A program made the translations under genes and the position numbers. A model generated the notes under the pieces. That model was given only the letters and a program-made list of their open reading frames with translations, ran no database searches and was not told the DNA's origin. Positions 22,835-31,647 of a DNA stretch of 39,078 nucleotides are shown in pieces. The number at the start of each line of letters is the position of its first letter. Within the stretch, counting starts at the first letter, position 1. This stretch comes from a virus (Duplodnaviria > Heunggongvirae > Uroviricota > Caudoviricetes), in IMG/VR virus record IMGVR_UViG_2711768071_000018; one strand, 5' to 3'.

Positions 22835-24340
22835 TCATGGCATGGCCATGAGCATTTTCACGTCCGCATCACCGTCTGCTGACGTCTGTGGCACGCCACC
22901 CTGTACCGCAGCCGGTGAATGGTTCGCCATGATGCGTTCAAACAGGGCGGTTGTGGATGCAGAGACCGGTTCTGCCTTACCTGATCCCGCAGCCAGCACA
23001 GCCCGGGCGCTCTCCACAGTCATTCCCGGGCAGGCAGCCAGCTGTTCAGCCTGCGCCTCAGCCCCTTTTGCCTCATCCAGTGCCATGATCTGATCACGGA
23101 GTGAGGGTCCGGCATCCGCCTGCGGTGAAGCAGCCAGGATCGGGCGGGCTTTTTCCACCGTCATCTCCGGCATCGCCGCCAGCGTTGCCGCCAGTTGTTC
23201 ACGACCGTTCGCTTCTTCACACGCCATAATGCGATCGGCTTCACTCTGCGTGGATGCCACCGGCTGCTGCGGTGCCGCCGCGGCCAGAATCGCCCGGGCC
23301 TGTTCAACGCTCATGCCCTGTTGTCCTGCCAGCATCGTGGCAAGCTGTTCACGTCCTTTCGCTTCCTGGCATGTCAGGATCCCCATCACTCGCTGGTTCT
23401 CCTGCGCGGCGGCTTCCGTTGCAGTTAATTGCGGCATAGTGCCTCCTCTGACATTACTGTTCAGCGCCGTGGCCATCACACTGATGGCATCCGACGCATT
23501 GACTAATTCATCCGCCAGCCCGGCATCAATGCCGTACTGACCTTCAAAAACGGCGGCCTCTGTTCCCGTGACGGCATCAACAGACAGACCGGTAAACATC
23601 GCCACTTTTTCGGCAAACATCCGGCGCGCCGCATCAATGCGCTGCTGCATGTCCTGGCGAACCTCTGCCGGTAAGGCTTCAAACTGATTGCCATCCACCT
23701 TGTGCGTCCCTGAGTAAATCAGCGTGATATCCACACCGGCCTGCGCCAGATGACCGGCATAGCTGACATGGCTCATCATCACGCCAATGGAGCCGATACG
23801 GGATGTCTGGGTAACCAGCCGTCGGGAGCAGGCCGACGCCAGCAGCATGGCTGCAGAACAGGCCGTGTCATTGCACAGTGCCCAGACCGGCTTCTGCTGA
23901 CGGAGGCGGTAAATCATGTCAGCGCAGTCAAACGCGCCGGCGGCCTGCCCGCCCGGACTGTCAATGTCCAGCAGTACGCCCCGCACCTGGCTATCCGCCA
24001 TTGCCTGCCGAAGACAGGCGACAATACCGTCATAGCCTGTCATTCCGGAAAATGGCCGCATACCACCCAGCCGGTGCACCAGCGTGCCGGTCACCGGCAG
24101 TACAGCAATACCGTTCACCACCCTGTAAACACGGGCCGGTCGTTTACCTCCGGCCATGTACTCGTCCGTTTCAGCCAGCATTCCGGGAGCATCAAACTGT
24201 ACCTGCTGTTGTGGTACCGAAAGACTTGCTGCCCCCATCTCGCGCCCGAGCGCGCAAAAGAAAACCCGCGCATAGGCGGGCTCCAGAAGCAGCGGTTCAT
24301 TGAATGCTGCGGCAATAATGTGTGAAAGATTACGTCTCAC
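22835..24340 (-). CDS. C: Head maturation protease C (S49/ClpP-like) with nested scaffold (Nu3-like) C-terminal region
   Basis: 501 aa at the lambda gpC position between B and D; the C-terminal part holds three tandem ~40-aa repeats. Confidence 0.8.
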   Translation of the reverse strand: MRRNLSHIIAAAFNEPLLLEPAYARVFFCALGREMGAASLSVPQQQVQFDAPGMLAETDEYMAGGKRPARVYRVVNGIAVLPVTGTLVHRLGGMRPFSGMTGYDGIVACLRQAMADSQVRGVLLDIDSPGGQAAGAFDCADMIYRLRQQKPVWALCNDTACSAAMLLASACSRRLVTQTSRIGSIGVMMSHVSYAGHLAQAGVDITLIYSGTHKVDGNQFEALPAEVRQDMQQRIDAARRMFAEKVAMFTGLSVDAVTGTEAAVFEGQYGIDAGLADELVNASDAISVMATALNSNVRGGTMPQLTATEAAAQENQRVMGILTCQEAKGREQLATMLAGQQGMSVEQARAILAAAAPQQPVASTQSEADRIMACEEANGREQLAATLAAMPEMTVEKARPILAASPQADAGPSLRDQIMALDEAKGAEAQAEQLAACPGMTVESARAVLAAGSGKAEPVSASTTALFERIMANHSPAAVQGGVPQTSADGDADVKMLMAMP

Positions 24341-25922
24341 GTGGTGTTGTCTCCTCTTCCGGCCTGCGACTCTCCGCTATCTGCTGCTGATACGCCTGCG
24401 CTATCCACACCGGACGTGAGAGTCCGGCTTTTTGCCGCTCTGCAGATTCCCTGACCTGCTGGCGGAAAATGTCCTGATAATCCTCGCCCATCAGCGCCAG
24501 CTCTTTCTCATACGTGCTCAGTCCGGCCTCAATGCGCATCACCGATTCCTGAACCTCCTTGAGCCCGTCAATGGCCATTCTTCCGGCACCAATCCACTCT
24601 GCCCGTGACCAGGCTGATCGCGCCTGATAAAAATCAAAACGCGCCCGTGGCGGACGGATAATCCCCCGAAGAAGTGCCTCTTCCAGCCAGCAGGAAAACA
24701 TCTGCGTGGCCAGCCGGGCCGCAATAAATTTTCGCCGCCCCATAAAATAGCGCCACGACTCATTGGCAGAGGCCCTGGCACTTGAATAACTGACCTTCGA
24801 GTAATCACGGGACAACTGTTCGTAGGAAACGCCAAGACCGGCGGCGATATACCGCAGCAGCGCCTGTTCAAGCGCCGAAAATCCATTGTCTGAATCCTGC
24901 GCAGTCTGTAGTTTCAGATCATCCCCGGGGAAAAGGTGCGGAATTTTGACACCACCCAGCGTCACGTTATTCGTGTCATACCAGCTGGAGAACTTCTCCA
25001 GAATATTAATAAGCGGATTATCCTTCTGCCCCTGCGGCGCACCGGCGATATATTCAAAGGCCTTTTCGGTATCAAGGTCACTTTCAATCGTCGCTGCATA
25101 CATGGCTTTCACAATGGCCGACTGAAGCTGTGTTGCCTGCAGGGAATCGAGCATCTTCAGCCGTTCCATGACGCTGTAAAACTGGTTGGCCCCACGGGTC
25201 TGCCCGTCCTCCACCGGCTCGAAAATATGCAGCATGGCCGGACGCCCGGTGGGAAGTTCACGCGGGATCCGTTCCCATCGTCCACTCCCGGAGCGAGGAA
25301 AATCATCCTCACAGATATGGTACGCAACGGCACGGCCATATCGATCGACCTCCACCCCGGCCCGCAGAAAACGGTTCCCCATACCGTGTCCTGGCGTGTC
25401 CACCCGTTTCGGACTCACGGCTTTAAAACGCGTACGGAATAACTGCGTGGTTTCCGTATCCCAGACCGGCTGCACAAAGATTTCGCCGTTAAACGCATGA
25501 ACGCCCACACCTTCACGGATAAATTCCGTGAACGTGCGTTTCTCTTCCACGTCGATCTCGCCAGACATCCCTTCGGCGTATTCCGACCAGGCCGCCTCCA
25601 CCTCATCGACAAAACTTTTTGCCGCAGTCTCCCGCATCCCCAGCCAGCGCCAGTTCGGACGGTAGCTGATCAGAAACATATGCCCGACAATATGATCCTT
25701 ATGCAGGGCCACCGCATTGGCCGCTATCCCGTTATTGCGCACCAGATCATCTGCCCGGGCATTCCCCAGACGCAACGCAGGCAGCAGGGCTGCATCGGCA
25801 CTCTGCGCCGGTGGCAACCACTCCGCCATTTGCCCGCCAAATCCTGCGCCGCCCCCGTTGTAGCTGAGACTCTCACGAAGCGGAACGCCGTTCACATCAA
25901 TCAGGACAGGCGTTCGTTTCAT
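24330..25922 (-). CDS. B: Portal protein B
   Basis: 530 aa at the lambda gpB position between W and C. Confidence 0.9.
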   Translation of the reverse strand: MKRTPVLIDVNGVPLRESLSYNGGGAGFGGQMAEWLPPAQSADAALLPALRLGNARADDLVRNNGIAANAVALHKDHIVGHMFLISYRPNWRWLGMRETAAKSFVDEVEAAWSEYAEGMSGEIDVEEKRTFTEFIREGVGVHAFNGEIFVQPVWDTETTQLFRTRFKAVSPKRVDTPGHGMGNRFLRAGVEVDRYGRAVAYHICEDDFPRSGSGRWERIPRELPTGRPAMLHIFEPVEDGQTRGANQFYSVMERLKMLDSLQATQLQSAIVKAMYAATIESDLDTEKAFEYIAGAPQGQKDNPLINILEKFSSWYDTNNVTLGGVKIPHLFPGDDLKLQTAQDSDNGFSALEQALLRYIAAGLGVSYEQLSRDYSKVSYSSARASANESWRYFMGRRKFIAARLATQMFSCWLEEALLRGIIRPPRARFDFYQARSAWSRAEWIGAGRMAIDGLKEVQESVMRIEAGLSTYEKELALMGEDYQDIFRQQVRESAERQKAGLSRPVWIAQAYQQQIAESRRPEEETTPRET

Positions 25923-26125
25923 AACCTCACTCCCAGCGGACGACGGCGACGTCGGGTTGTCCCCAGTACCGACTCCGCATCATTGATCGCCCGGTTAAGC
26001 TCATCCAGAGAAGCCGCCGTATATTCAATTCTGCGACCATCTTTCTGGACAGACACCACCCGTTTACCGGTTAATAAATCAAGGCGCGCCTGACGTAGCG
26101 CCTGTAGTTCAGCGACTGTAACCAT
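25919..26125 (-). CDS. W: Head-tail connector protein W
   Basis: 68 aa; ...LTGKRVVSVQKDGRRIEYTAAS... matches lambda gpW (…[22 protein letters not shown]…). Confidence 0.8.
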   Translation of the reverse strand: MVTVAELQALRQARLDLLTGKRVVSVQKDGRRIEYTAASLDELNRAINDAESVLGTTRRRRRPLGVRL

Positions 26126-28037
26126 TCACTCCTCCGGACAGCTTCGCTGCCAGTTCTTTCAGGGTTGGCCGGGTCGTCTCTTCTTCCCGGGATTTTGCCA
26201 GTACAGCCAGATCAAGCTGCCAGCGTTGCACGGACACACGTAATGCCGCGTAGGCATACACCAGGCAGTCCAGCGCTTCGTTACGCCGCTTTTTGTTATC
26301 CCACAGCAGACGCATCTTTCCTTTTTCCCACTTCTCCACAAGCTCTTCCGCGACCAGTTGCTGCGCCTCTGTCTGCGAAAAAATCTCCGGATCATCAGGA
26401 AAACGGATGGCATACGACGTGGCTTCATCCGCAGGCGTGGGATCGGCTTTCATACGGGCATAGAGAATTTCTTTTGCGGTGTCCGTCCCCACTTCACACA
26501 GATACACGCCCCGCTGATTGCGGGTTTTCGGCATGGTGATCACCGGCTTGCCATAGACAGATGCGCCTTTTACCGGCAGCACCCGGAAAACACCGTGTTT
26601 TTTTGACCTCTGATAGACAATTTCACCATCGATCCCCCCGGTGTCCCAGCAGACACGGGAAATGGTCATTTCGGTGCCATCCGCATGGCGGTATTTTTTG
26701 TTGATCGCCGCATCCACACGTAACAGTGTCTCTTCCTCATCAGGACGCCCCATAATGATGATTTTATCCACCAGAAAGGCTTCCTCTCCCGGAGCCCATC
26801 CCCAGACATACATCTCAAAACGGTTTCGCTGCGAGTCAATGCCCGCCGTCAGATAAACCACCCGGGCAGGCACCGCCGCCGTGTAACGCTCCACCTTATC
26901 CATCAGTACCTGGTGATCGAGTTTTTCGCCCACGGCCTCTCCCCAGGTCTCGCCCAGCGTGGTGTTCACAAAGGTTTTCAGGCCGTTGGGATCTTTCAGT
27001 GCATCCAGCCAGTCATAGACAATCTGTACCCAGGTGGTGAACGGACTGTACGCCGTCCAGATATGGAACGTGATGGAGCGCGGCGGCGGAATTTCATCAC
27101 CCCGGGCGCTGAAAAACGTCAGACCGTCACGGGTCCACATGCCCGTGTTTTCACAGATCCACCGCCCGTTACTCTGGTCAAGCTCAGACTGATGGATCAC
27201 ACAGCCATGATGCTCACAAAGGTAGAAAACACTTTCTGGCTTATTCTTCTCCCACTTAAGACCGAAAGGCGAGGCATCATCGCCAAATTTCAGATACTGC
27301 TCCTCCCCACAGTGCGGACAGGGCACATAAAAACGCATGAAGTGTGCCGACTCGTTAGCGGCTTTTTCGATCTGGCAGGTGCCTTTGATTTTAGGCGTCG
27401 AGCCGCGAATGGATTTTGGCCACACCGACCCCTCAATACGCTTATCCCCCAGCAGGGTTGGCGAGCCCTCTTTTTCGACATCCGGCTCGAACGAGGAAAG
27501 TTCGTCATAGCAGACCACGTCCACGGATTTTTCACGGTAGTTTTTGGCGGCAGCGCCGCCCAGGCACCAGAAACCGACGCCCGATGAAAAGCGTTTCAGC
27601 GTGAGAGTATTGTCACGATGTTTACGACCCAGCCATGGGGAAAGGTCTTTCAGGCATGGCACGTTCCGAATCGTCGCCTCCACGTGAGACTTCATAAAAT
27701 CTTCAGCGGCAGAATCCGTGGGCTGAAAAAGCAGACTGTTTCGGGATTTATGCTCAATAAAATACCCGACCACCCCCAGCAACATCTTTGTATAGCCAAC
27801 ACGGGCAGATTTAATCAGGTTAACCGTGCGAACCTGGTCGTTACCCATACAGTTCATAATGGCGATCTGGAATGGCAGCGTTTTCCATTCTCCCTCACCA
27901 TATGAAGATTCTTTCGGCAGATAATAATTTTGATCAGCCCATTCAACTGGCGTCACCGGCAATGCCCTTATCAGGGGCTGTAATGCTGTTGTGACAGCGC
28001 TCATCATATTATTCAGTTGTTGCTCTGATATATTCAT
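26109..28037 (-). CDS. A: Terminase large subunit A
   Basis: Internal start MNISEQQLNN...; WADQNYYLPKES, KSARVGYTKMLLGV, FMRFYVPCPHCGEEQYLKFGD and WDTGGID all match lambda gpA. Confidence 0.9.
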   Translation of the reverse strand: MNISEQQLNNMMSAVTTALQPLIRALPVTPVEWADQNYYLPKESSYGEGEWKTLPFQIAIMNCMGNDQVRTVNLIKSARVGYTKMLLGVVGYFIEHKSRNSLLFQPTDSAAEDFMKSHVEATIRNVPCLKDLSPWLGRKHRDNTLTLKRFSSGVGFWCLGGAAAKNYREKSVDVVCYDELSSFEPDVEKEGSPTLLGDKRIEGSVWPKSIRGSTPKIKGTCQIEKAANESAHFMRFYVPCPHCGEEQYLKFGDDASPFGLKWEKNKPESVFYLCEHHGCVIHQSELDQSNGRWICENTGMWTRDGLTFFSARGDEIPPPRSITFHIWTAYSPFTTWVQIVYDWLDALKDPNGLKTFVNTTLGETWGEAVGEKLDHQVLMDKVERYTAAVPARVVYLTAGIDSQRNRFEMYVWGWAPGEEAFLVDKIIIMGRPDEEETLLRVDAAINKKYRHADGTEMTISRVCWDTGGIDGEIVYQRSKKHGVFRVLPVKGASVYGKPVITMPKTRNQRGVYLCEVGTDTAKEILYARMKADPTPADEATSYAIRFPDDPEIFSQTEAQQLVAEELVEKWEKGKMRLLWDNKKRRNEALDCLVYAYAALRVSVQRWQLDLAVLAKSREEETTRPTLKELAAKLSGGVNGYSR

Positions 28038-28518
28038 CGAGTAAATCCGGTAATTTATCCCCTGCCCGCGCACACTGATTTGCCCCCTTCGCAATAAGGG
28101 TTTTCAGATGGTCAAGATGGCGCGGTGTTAAATCAGGAAACTGTCGCTGCATGGATAAAGGGATGGAATCAAGCGTACTTGATAACGCCATTGCCAGCTT
28201 ACTGAGGGCAAAAATACAGAATCCGGTGTCAATCAGTTTTCCTTTTGACACCTCATTTTTTAGCTGCTGTGTAACAGCCTGTTCTGCTGTCAGTTCCCAT
28301 CTGGCAATAAGCAATTTCTCCTCATAGTCGTCTTCGCTATCGCCATCAGGCACATCGTTTTTACTTCTCCTCAGATACGATATGTAAAAATCGCGCCAGG
28401 CATCCAGATCCAGTTGCCCTCGCTTATTTGATATCGGGGCACCCGGCAATTTCTGCAATCTGCGAAGCTGGCGATCGGTCAGACTTAAATGCCTGGCAAC
28501 TTCAGTCTGCGTAGCCAC
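28009..28518 (-). CDS. Nu1: Terminase small subunit Nu1
   Basis: 169 aa; N-terminal helix-turn-helix and C-terminus ...LDSIPLSMQRQFPDLTPRHLDHLK... similar to lambda Nu1; start ~185 bp from cosN, as in lambda. Confidence 0.75.
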   Translation of the reverse strand: MATQTEVARHLSLTDRQLRRLQKLPGAPISNKRGQLDLDAWRDFYISYLRRSKNDVPDGDSEDDYEEKLLIARWELTAEQAVTQQLKNEVSKGKLIDTGFCIFALSKLAMALSSTLDSIPLSMQRQFPDLTPRHLDHLKTLIAKGANQCARAGDKLPDLLDEYIRATTE

Positions 28519-28689
28519 TCCTCACCTCGCAAAAACTCTCACCTCACAATTAGCACAAAACCGATCATGTCCGGTTTATATGTCCATTTTTTGCGCATGT
28601 CCGGTTCACGGAAAGCCCGTTCTTATATTTTTCATGTAGTTAACTTGCAGAGAAACCGGACATGGTTCCCGGAAAATTTTCATAAATAG

Positions 28690-28725
28690 CGAAAACCCGC
28701 GAGGTCGCCGCCCCGTAACCTGTCG
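28690..28725. other. cos site (cosN with the lambda 12-nt cohesive end GGGCGGCGACCT)
   Basis: Plus strand reads ...gaaaacccgcgaggtcgccgccccgtaacctgtcggatc..., the reverse complement of the lambda left end GGGCGGCGACCTCGCGGGTTTTCGC joined to the lambda right end; coordinates approximate. Confidence 0.75.
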
Positions 28726-28912
28726 GATCGCCGGAAAGGACCCGCAAAATGATAATAATTATCATCTACATGTCACAACGTGCATCTACGCCATCAAACC
28801 ACGTCAAATAATCAATTATGACGCAGGTATCGTATTAATTGATCTGCGTCAACTTAACGTAAAAACAACTTCAGACAATACAAATCAGCGACACTGAATA
28901 CGGGGCAACCTC

Positions 28913-29107
28913 ATGTCAACGAAGAACAGAACCCGCAGAACAACAACCCGCAACATCCGCTTTCCTAACCAAATGATTGAACAAATTAACATCGCTCTTG
29001 AGCAAAAAGGGTCTGGGAATTTCTCAGCCTGGGTCATTGAAGCCTGCCGTCGGAGACTAACGTCAGAAAAGAGAGCATATACATCAATCCAAAGTGATGA
29101 TGGATGA
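28913..29107 (+). CDS. Small cos-proximal protein (YlcI/DUF3950-like, possible ribbon-helix-helix)
   Basis: 64 aa, MSTKNRTRRTTTRNIRFPNQMIEQINIALEQKGSGNFSAWVIEACRRRL; the flanking DNA closely resembles the lambda right end as I remember it. Family assignment is from memory. Confidence 0.4.
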   Translation: MSTKNRTRRTTTRNIRFPNQMIEQINIALEQKGSGNFSAWVIEACRRRLTSEKRAYTSIQSDDG

Positions 29108-29294
29108 ACATCCCGGTTTCTTCCACCATCGCACCGGAAAAGCGACTATGAGGGTAACCCTGCGTCTGTCAGCACAGTAAAACCCGGTGTGCATCGTTTT
29201 TGATTATTCCCGCACACTCACGCAGAAGGAATTCCCCGTCGGGCTACGGTCATGGTTAATGCGGGAATACGGCGACGATACAGCGCATAATGTG

Positions 29295-29843
29295 TCAGGC
29301 TTGAATACCTTTATCGAATCCCGGTAATAAAAACTGTCCCTGTCTCTCCAGACGTTCCAGCTTTGCAAGCAATTGAGGTTTTTTCGTTCTCCCCCAGCGA
29401 TTGAGCAGACGGCCTGACATGCTGGCGACATCCTTCTCTTTCATGTACTCCAGCATTACGGCGTTACGTTCTGCTTCATAACTTTCGCTGTACTTACGGA
29501 GTTCTGCTGACATCCAGTTAAACGCATTGATATAGGCTTCTTTAACAGCATCGGCTTTTGCCCCGTTAAATCCCATAACCAGCATAACGAAGCCACTAAA
29601 GTCCATGCGGTAGTAAATCTGTTTCTTGTCAAAAATACCTAAGTCATTGATTTTCTCGACGGCCCAAAAATGGGTTGTCGAGAATTCCTCAGAACATCTC
29701 AAACATTTAATAGCCCTAATCACATGCTGATGGCGTTTACCAAATGCCCTGGCAATCTGGAAGGTGTCAGTTACCGGTTGACCTTCTGCTGCGGTAACTA
29801 ACTGGCGAAAGTCGAAGTCATGATTCGCAATTAATTCATTCAT
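29295..29843 (-). CDS. Rha-family phage regulatory protein
   Basis: Internal start MNELIANHDF...; ...QPVTDTFQIARAFGKRHQHVIRAI... and ...GFVMLVMGFNGAKADAVKEAYINAFNWM fit the Rha family pattern. Confidence 0.6.
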   Translation of the reverse strand: MNELIANHDFDFRQLVTAAEGQPVTDTFQIARAFGKRHQHVIRAIKCLRCSEEFSTTHFWAVEKINDLGIFDKKQIYYRMDFSGFVMLVMGFNGAKADAVKEAYINAFNWMSAELRKYSESYEAERNAVMLEYMKEKDVASMSGRLLNRWGRTKKPQLLAKLERLERQGQFLLPGFDKGIQA

Positions 29844-29995
29844 GGCGTTGCCTGCTTCTTTGAAATGAACCTTTGCCGCATAGGAAACCAGCCCACCGAG
29901 GCTCGCCAGCACTAACTGGTATCCTCAAAGGCCCATTCCAAAGGGTCAGGTTCGGTGTTTATTGTGCGCTGCGGTGCGCGGTGAAATACCGGTAC

Positions 29996-30024
29996 AAAAA
30001 TGCCCCGCATCTGCGAGGCATTTT
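29996..30024 (-). terminator. Hairpin terminator downstream of Rz/Rz1
   Basis: aaaatgccccgcatctgcgaggcatttt: imperfect GC stem flanked by A-run and T-run; coordinates approximate. Confidence 0.4.
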
Positions 30025-30061
30025 CCTGAAAGTCACTTGTTAAATTTCAGTGAAATTAAAA

Positions 30062-30499
30062 TTATTTTAAGCACTGCGTCCTGATGTATTCCTGCAGGTA
30101 GTTAACCTGCGCGGTTATCTTGTCGATTCCACCTCGGAGACGGTAATAATTGAGTTCAGCATCTGCTGTAAGTCCTGGGCTTTCTCCATCGCCCATGCTG
30201 CTGGCTCCGGTCGTTGACTTTGCACAGGTGGCGGAGACTTGCAGGCGCTTACGCCCAGCAGAAACATCAGCACGGAGACTTTCGATAGTCGCATTAGCAT
30301 CAGCAAGCTCCTTTGTGTATCTGGCGTCAAGTTCTGCTACATCACGTTGCCGCTTCTGCATATCAGCGATGATGGATGTGGCTTTATCGCGCTGCTCTTT
30401 GTAGGCGATGGCGTTATCACGGTAATGATTAACAGCCCATGACAGGCAGGCGATAATGCAGATAACCAGAGCGGAGATAATAACGGTTACCCTGCTCAT
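30062..30499 (-). CDS. Rz: Rz i-spanin (inner-membrane spanin subunit)
   Basis: Start [30 protein letters not shown] matches lambda Rz; overlaps the R stop (ATGA). Confidence 0.85.
   Translation of the reverse strand: MSRVTVIISALVICIIACLSWAVNHYRDNAIAYKEQRDKATSIIADMQKRQRDVAELDARYTKELADANATIESLRADVSAGRKRLQVSATCAKSTTGASSMGDGESPGLTADAELNYYRLRGGIDKITAQVNYLQEYIRTQCLK
30115..30330 (-). CDS. Rz1: Rz1 o-spanin lipoprotein, embedded in the +1 frame of Rz
   Basis: ORF wholly inside Rz; signal peptide with lipobox ...[10 protein letters not shown], then a Pro-rich stretch [13 protein letters not shown]; exact start uncertain. Confidence 0.6.
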   Translation of the reverse strand: MTPDTQRSLLMLMRLSKVSVLMFLLGVSACKSPPPVQSQRPEPAAWAMEKAQDLQQMLNSIITVSEVESTR

Positions 30500-30993
30500 T
30501 GTTGCCCCCACAAACAGACTTCACGCTCAATCTCGCGGCGAGTCATCAGCCCTTTCCATTGCTTACCGCCAGCGTATGTCCAGCGCCGTAGCTGATCACA
30601 TGCGCTTTTGATATCGCCCTGGTTTATTTTGCGAAGAAGCGTCGATGTTCTGAAATTGCCAGCGCCCACGTTGTAAACGAACGAGTAAAGAGCGCCGCGC
30701 GTTGTTTCCGGTATATCGACGTTGATGTACGGGTTAATTTGTCTGGCGACCGTGGCAAGGTCTTTATTCAGGAGGGCTTTGCATTCTGCTTCGGTATACG
30801 TTTTACCGGGCATGATGTCTTTTCCGGTGTGTCCGTGACATACAGTCCATACGCCAACGATATCTTTGTATGGTATGTAGCTGACACCTTCCAGACCATC
30901 GTTACCACCTGGACCAGTGATGAGCACAGACGCTATGGCAACAGCCCCACCACCAATAGCAGCTGCAACAGCCTTGCGTAATGACGGCGACAT
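30496..30993 (-). CDS. R: SAR endolysin R (phage-21-type lysozyme)
   Basis: 165 aa; Gly/Ala-rich N-terminal SAR segment [20 protein letters not shown]; ...[27 protein letters not shown]...[33 protein letters not shown] matches remembered P21 R. Confidence 0.85.
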   Translation of the reverse strand: MSPSLRKAVAAAIGGGAVAIASVLITGPGGNDGLEGVSYIPYKDIVGVWTVCHGHTGKDIMPGKTYTEAECKALLNKDLATVARQINPYINVDIPETTRGALYSFVYNVGAGNFRTSTLLRKINQGDIKSACDQLRRWTYAGGKQWKGLMTRREIEREVCLWGQQ

Positions 30994-31199
30994 TATTCAC
31001 CTCTCGCAGCCTTACGCTTATCTTCTTTAATCTTGAAATAAAGATTTGTCAGATACGTCAGCAGGCCAAACAGCAGACTTCCCAGCACACCTATTGCCAC
31101 CCACTGGGACGGAGAGACTTTGTCCAGCAGCTGCAGTAACCAGTATCCCGTCCCCACCGCTGACGTGGTGTATGACACACCTGTTGTGATTTTTTCCAT
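30993..31199 (-). CDS. S: Pinholin S (phage-21 S21-type class II holin)
   Basis: 68 aa; ...[51 protein letters not shown] matches remembered S21. Confidence 0.8.
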   Translation of the reverse strand: MEKITTGVSYTTSAVGTGYWLLQLLDKVSPSQWVAIGVLGSLLFGLLTYLTNLYFKIKEDKRKAARGE

Positions 31200-31243
31200 C
31201 TGATGTATGTCTCCGTCACCGCCGACAGAAAATGAAAGTAAAG

Positions 31244-31280
31244 AAAAACAAAAAAGCCGCCAGTGTCACCCACTGACGGC
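31244..31280 (-). terminator. Rho-independent terminator ~45 nt upstream of S
   Basis: Hairpin gccgtcagtgggtgacactggcggc followed by ttttttgtttttc on the minus strand; coordinates approximate. Confidence 0.5.
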
Positions 31281-31377
31281 CAACGCCGGGAGCCGTGATT
31301 ATGGCATTCAGGCTCTGCTAAAAATGCCAGATAACATTCCGGCCTCCCCTGATTCAGGTTATAAATGACACAATATC

Positions 31378-31497
31378 TTGACAACATCCGTCACTGTCTG
31401 TCAGAAAATGTACTGCCATATAGAAGCAACATGTGAAGTACATCTATCCTTTTGAGCCAGCACCTCTCCACCGAAAGTCAGTGCTGGCTGTTTTTTC
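31378..31497 (+). promoter_or_regulatory. Candidate small transcription unit 1 (TTGACA-like box to hairpin/T-tract), antisense to the late operon
   Basis: ttgacaacatccgtcactgtctgtcagaaaatg ... agccagcacctctccaccgaaagtcagtgctggct + gttttttcc; no ORF of 60 aa or more. Confidence 0.25.
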
Positions 31498-31544
31498 CTT
31501 AATAAGGCATCTGTAACTGAAACAATCCGCATATTGATAATATA

Positions 31545-31647
31545 TTGACAGGCATCATTGCTGTCTGTGAAAAATAAGTCTCTACAAACATATAAGGCCT
31601 TTTAGCCAGCGTCTTCTTTTTCAGGTCAGTCGCTGGCTTTTTTTATT
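31545..31647 (+). promoter_or_regulatory. Candidate small transcription unit 2 (similar copy of unit 1)
   Basis: ttgacaggcatcattgctgtctgtgaaaaataag ... agccagcgtcttctttttcaggtcagtcgctggct + ttttttatta; same layout and similar stem as unit 1. Confidence 0.25.

Noticed and set aside
26109-28094. Terminase A starting at the first Met of the 661-aa ORF
   Set aside because: The lambda-like start MNISEQQ is 19 codons downstream (28037); the extension overlaps Nu1.
29204-29431. 75-aa ORF overlapping the 3' end of the Rha-family gene
   Set aside because: Overlaps a better-supported gene in another frame and has no motifs; likely spurious.
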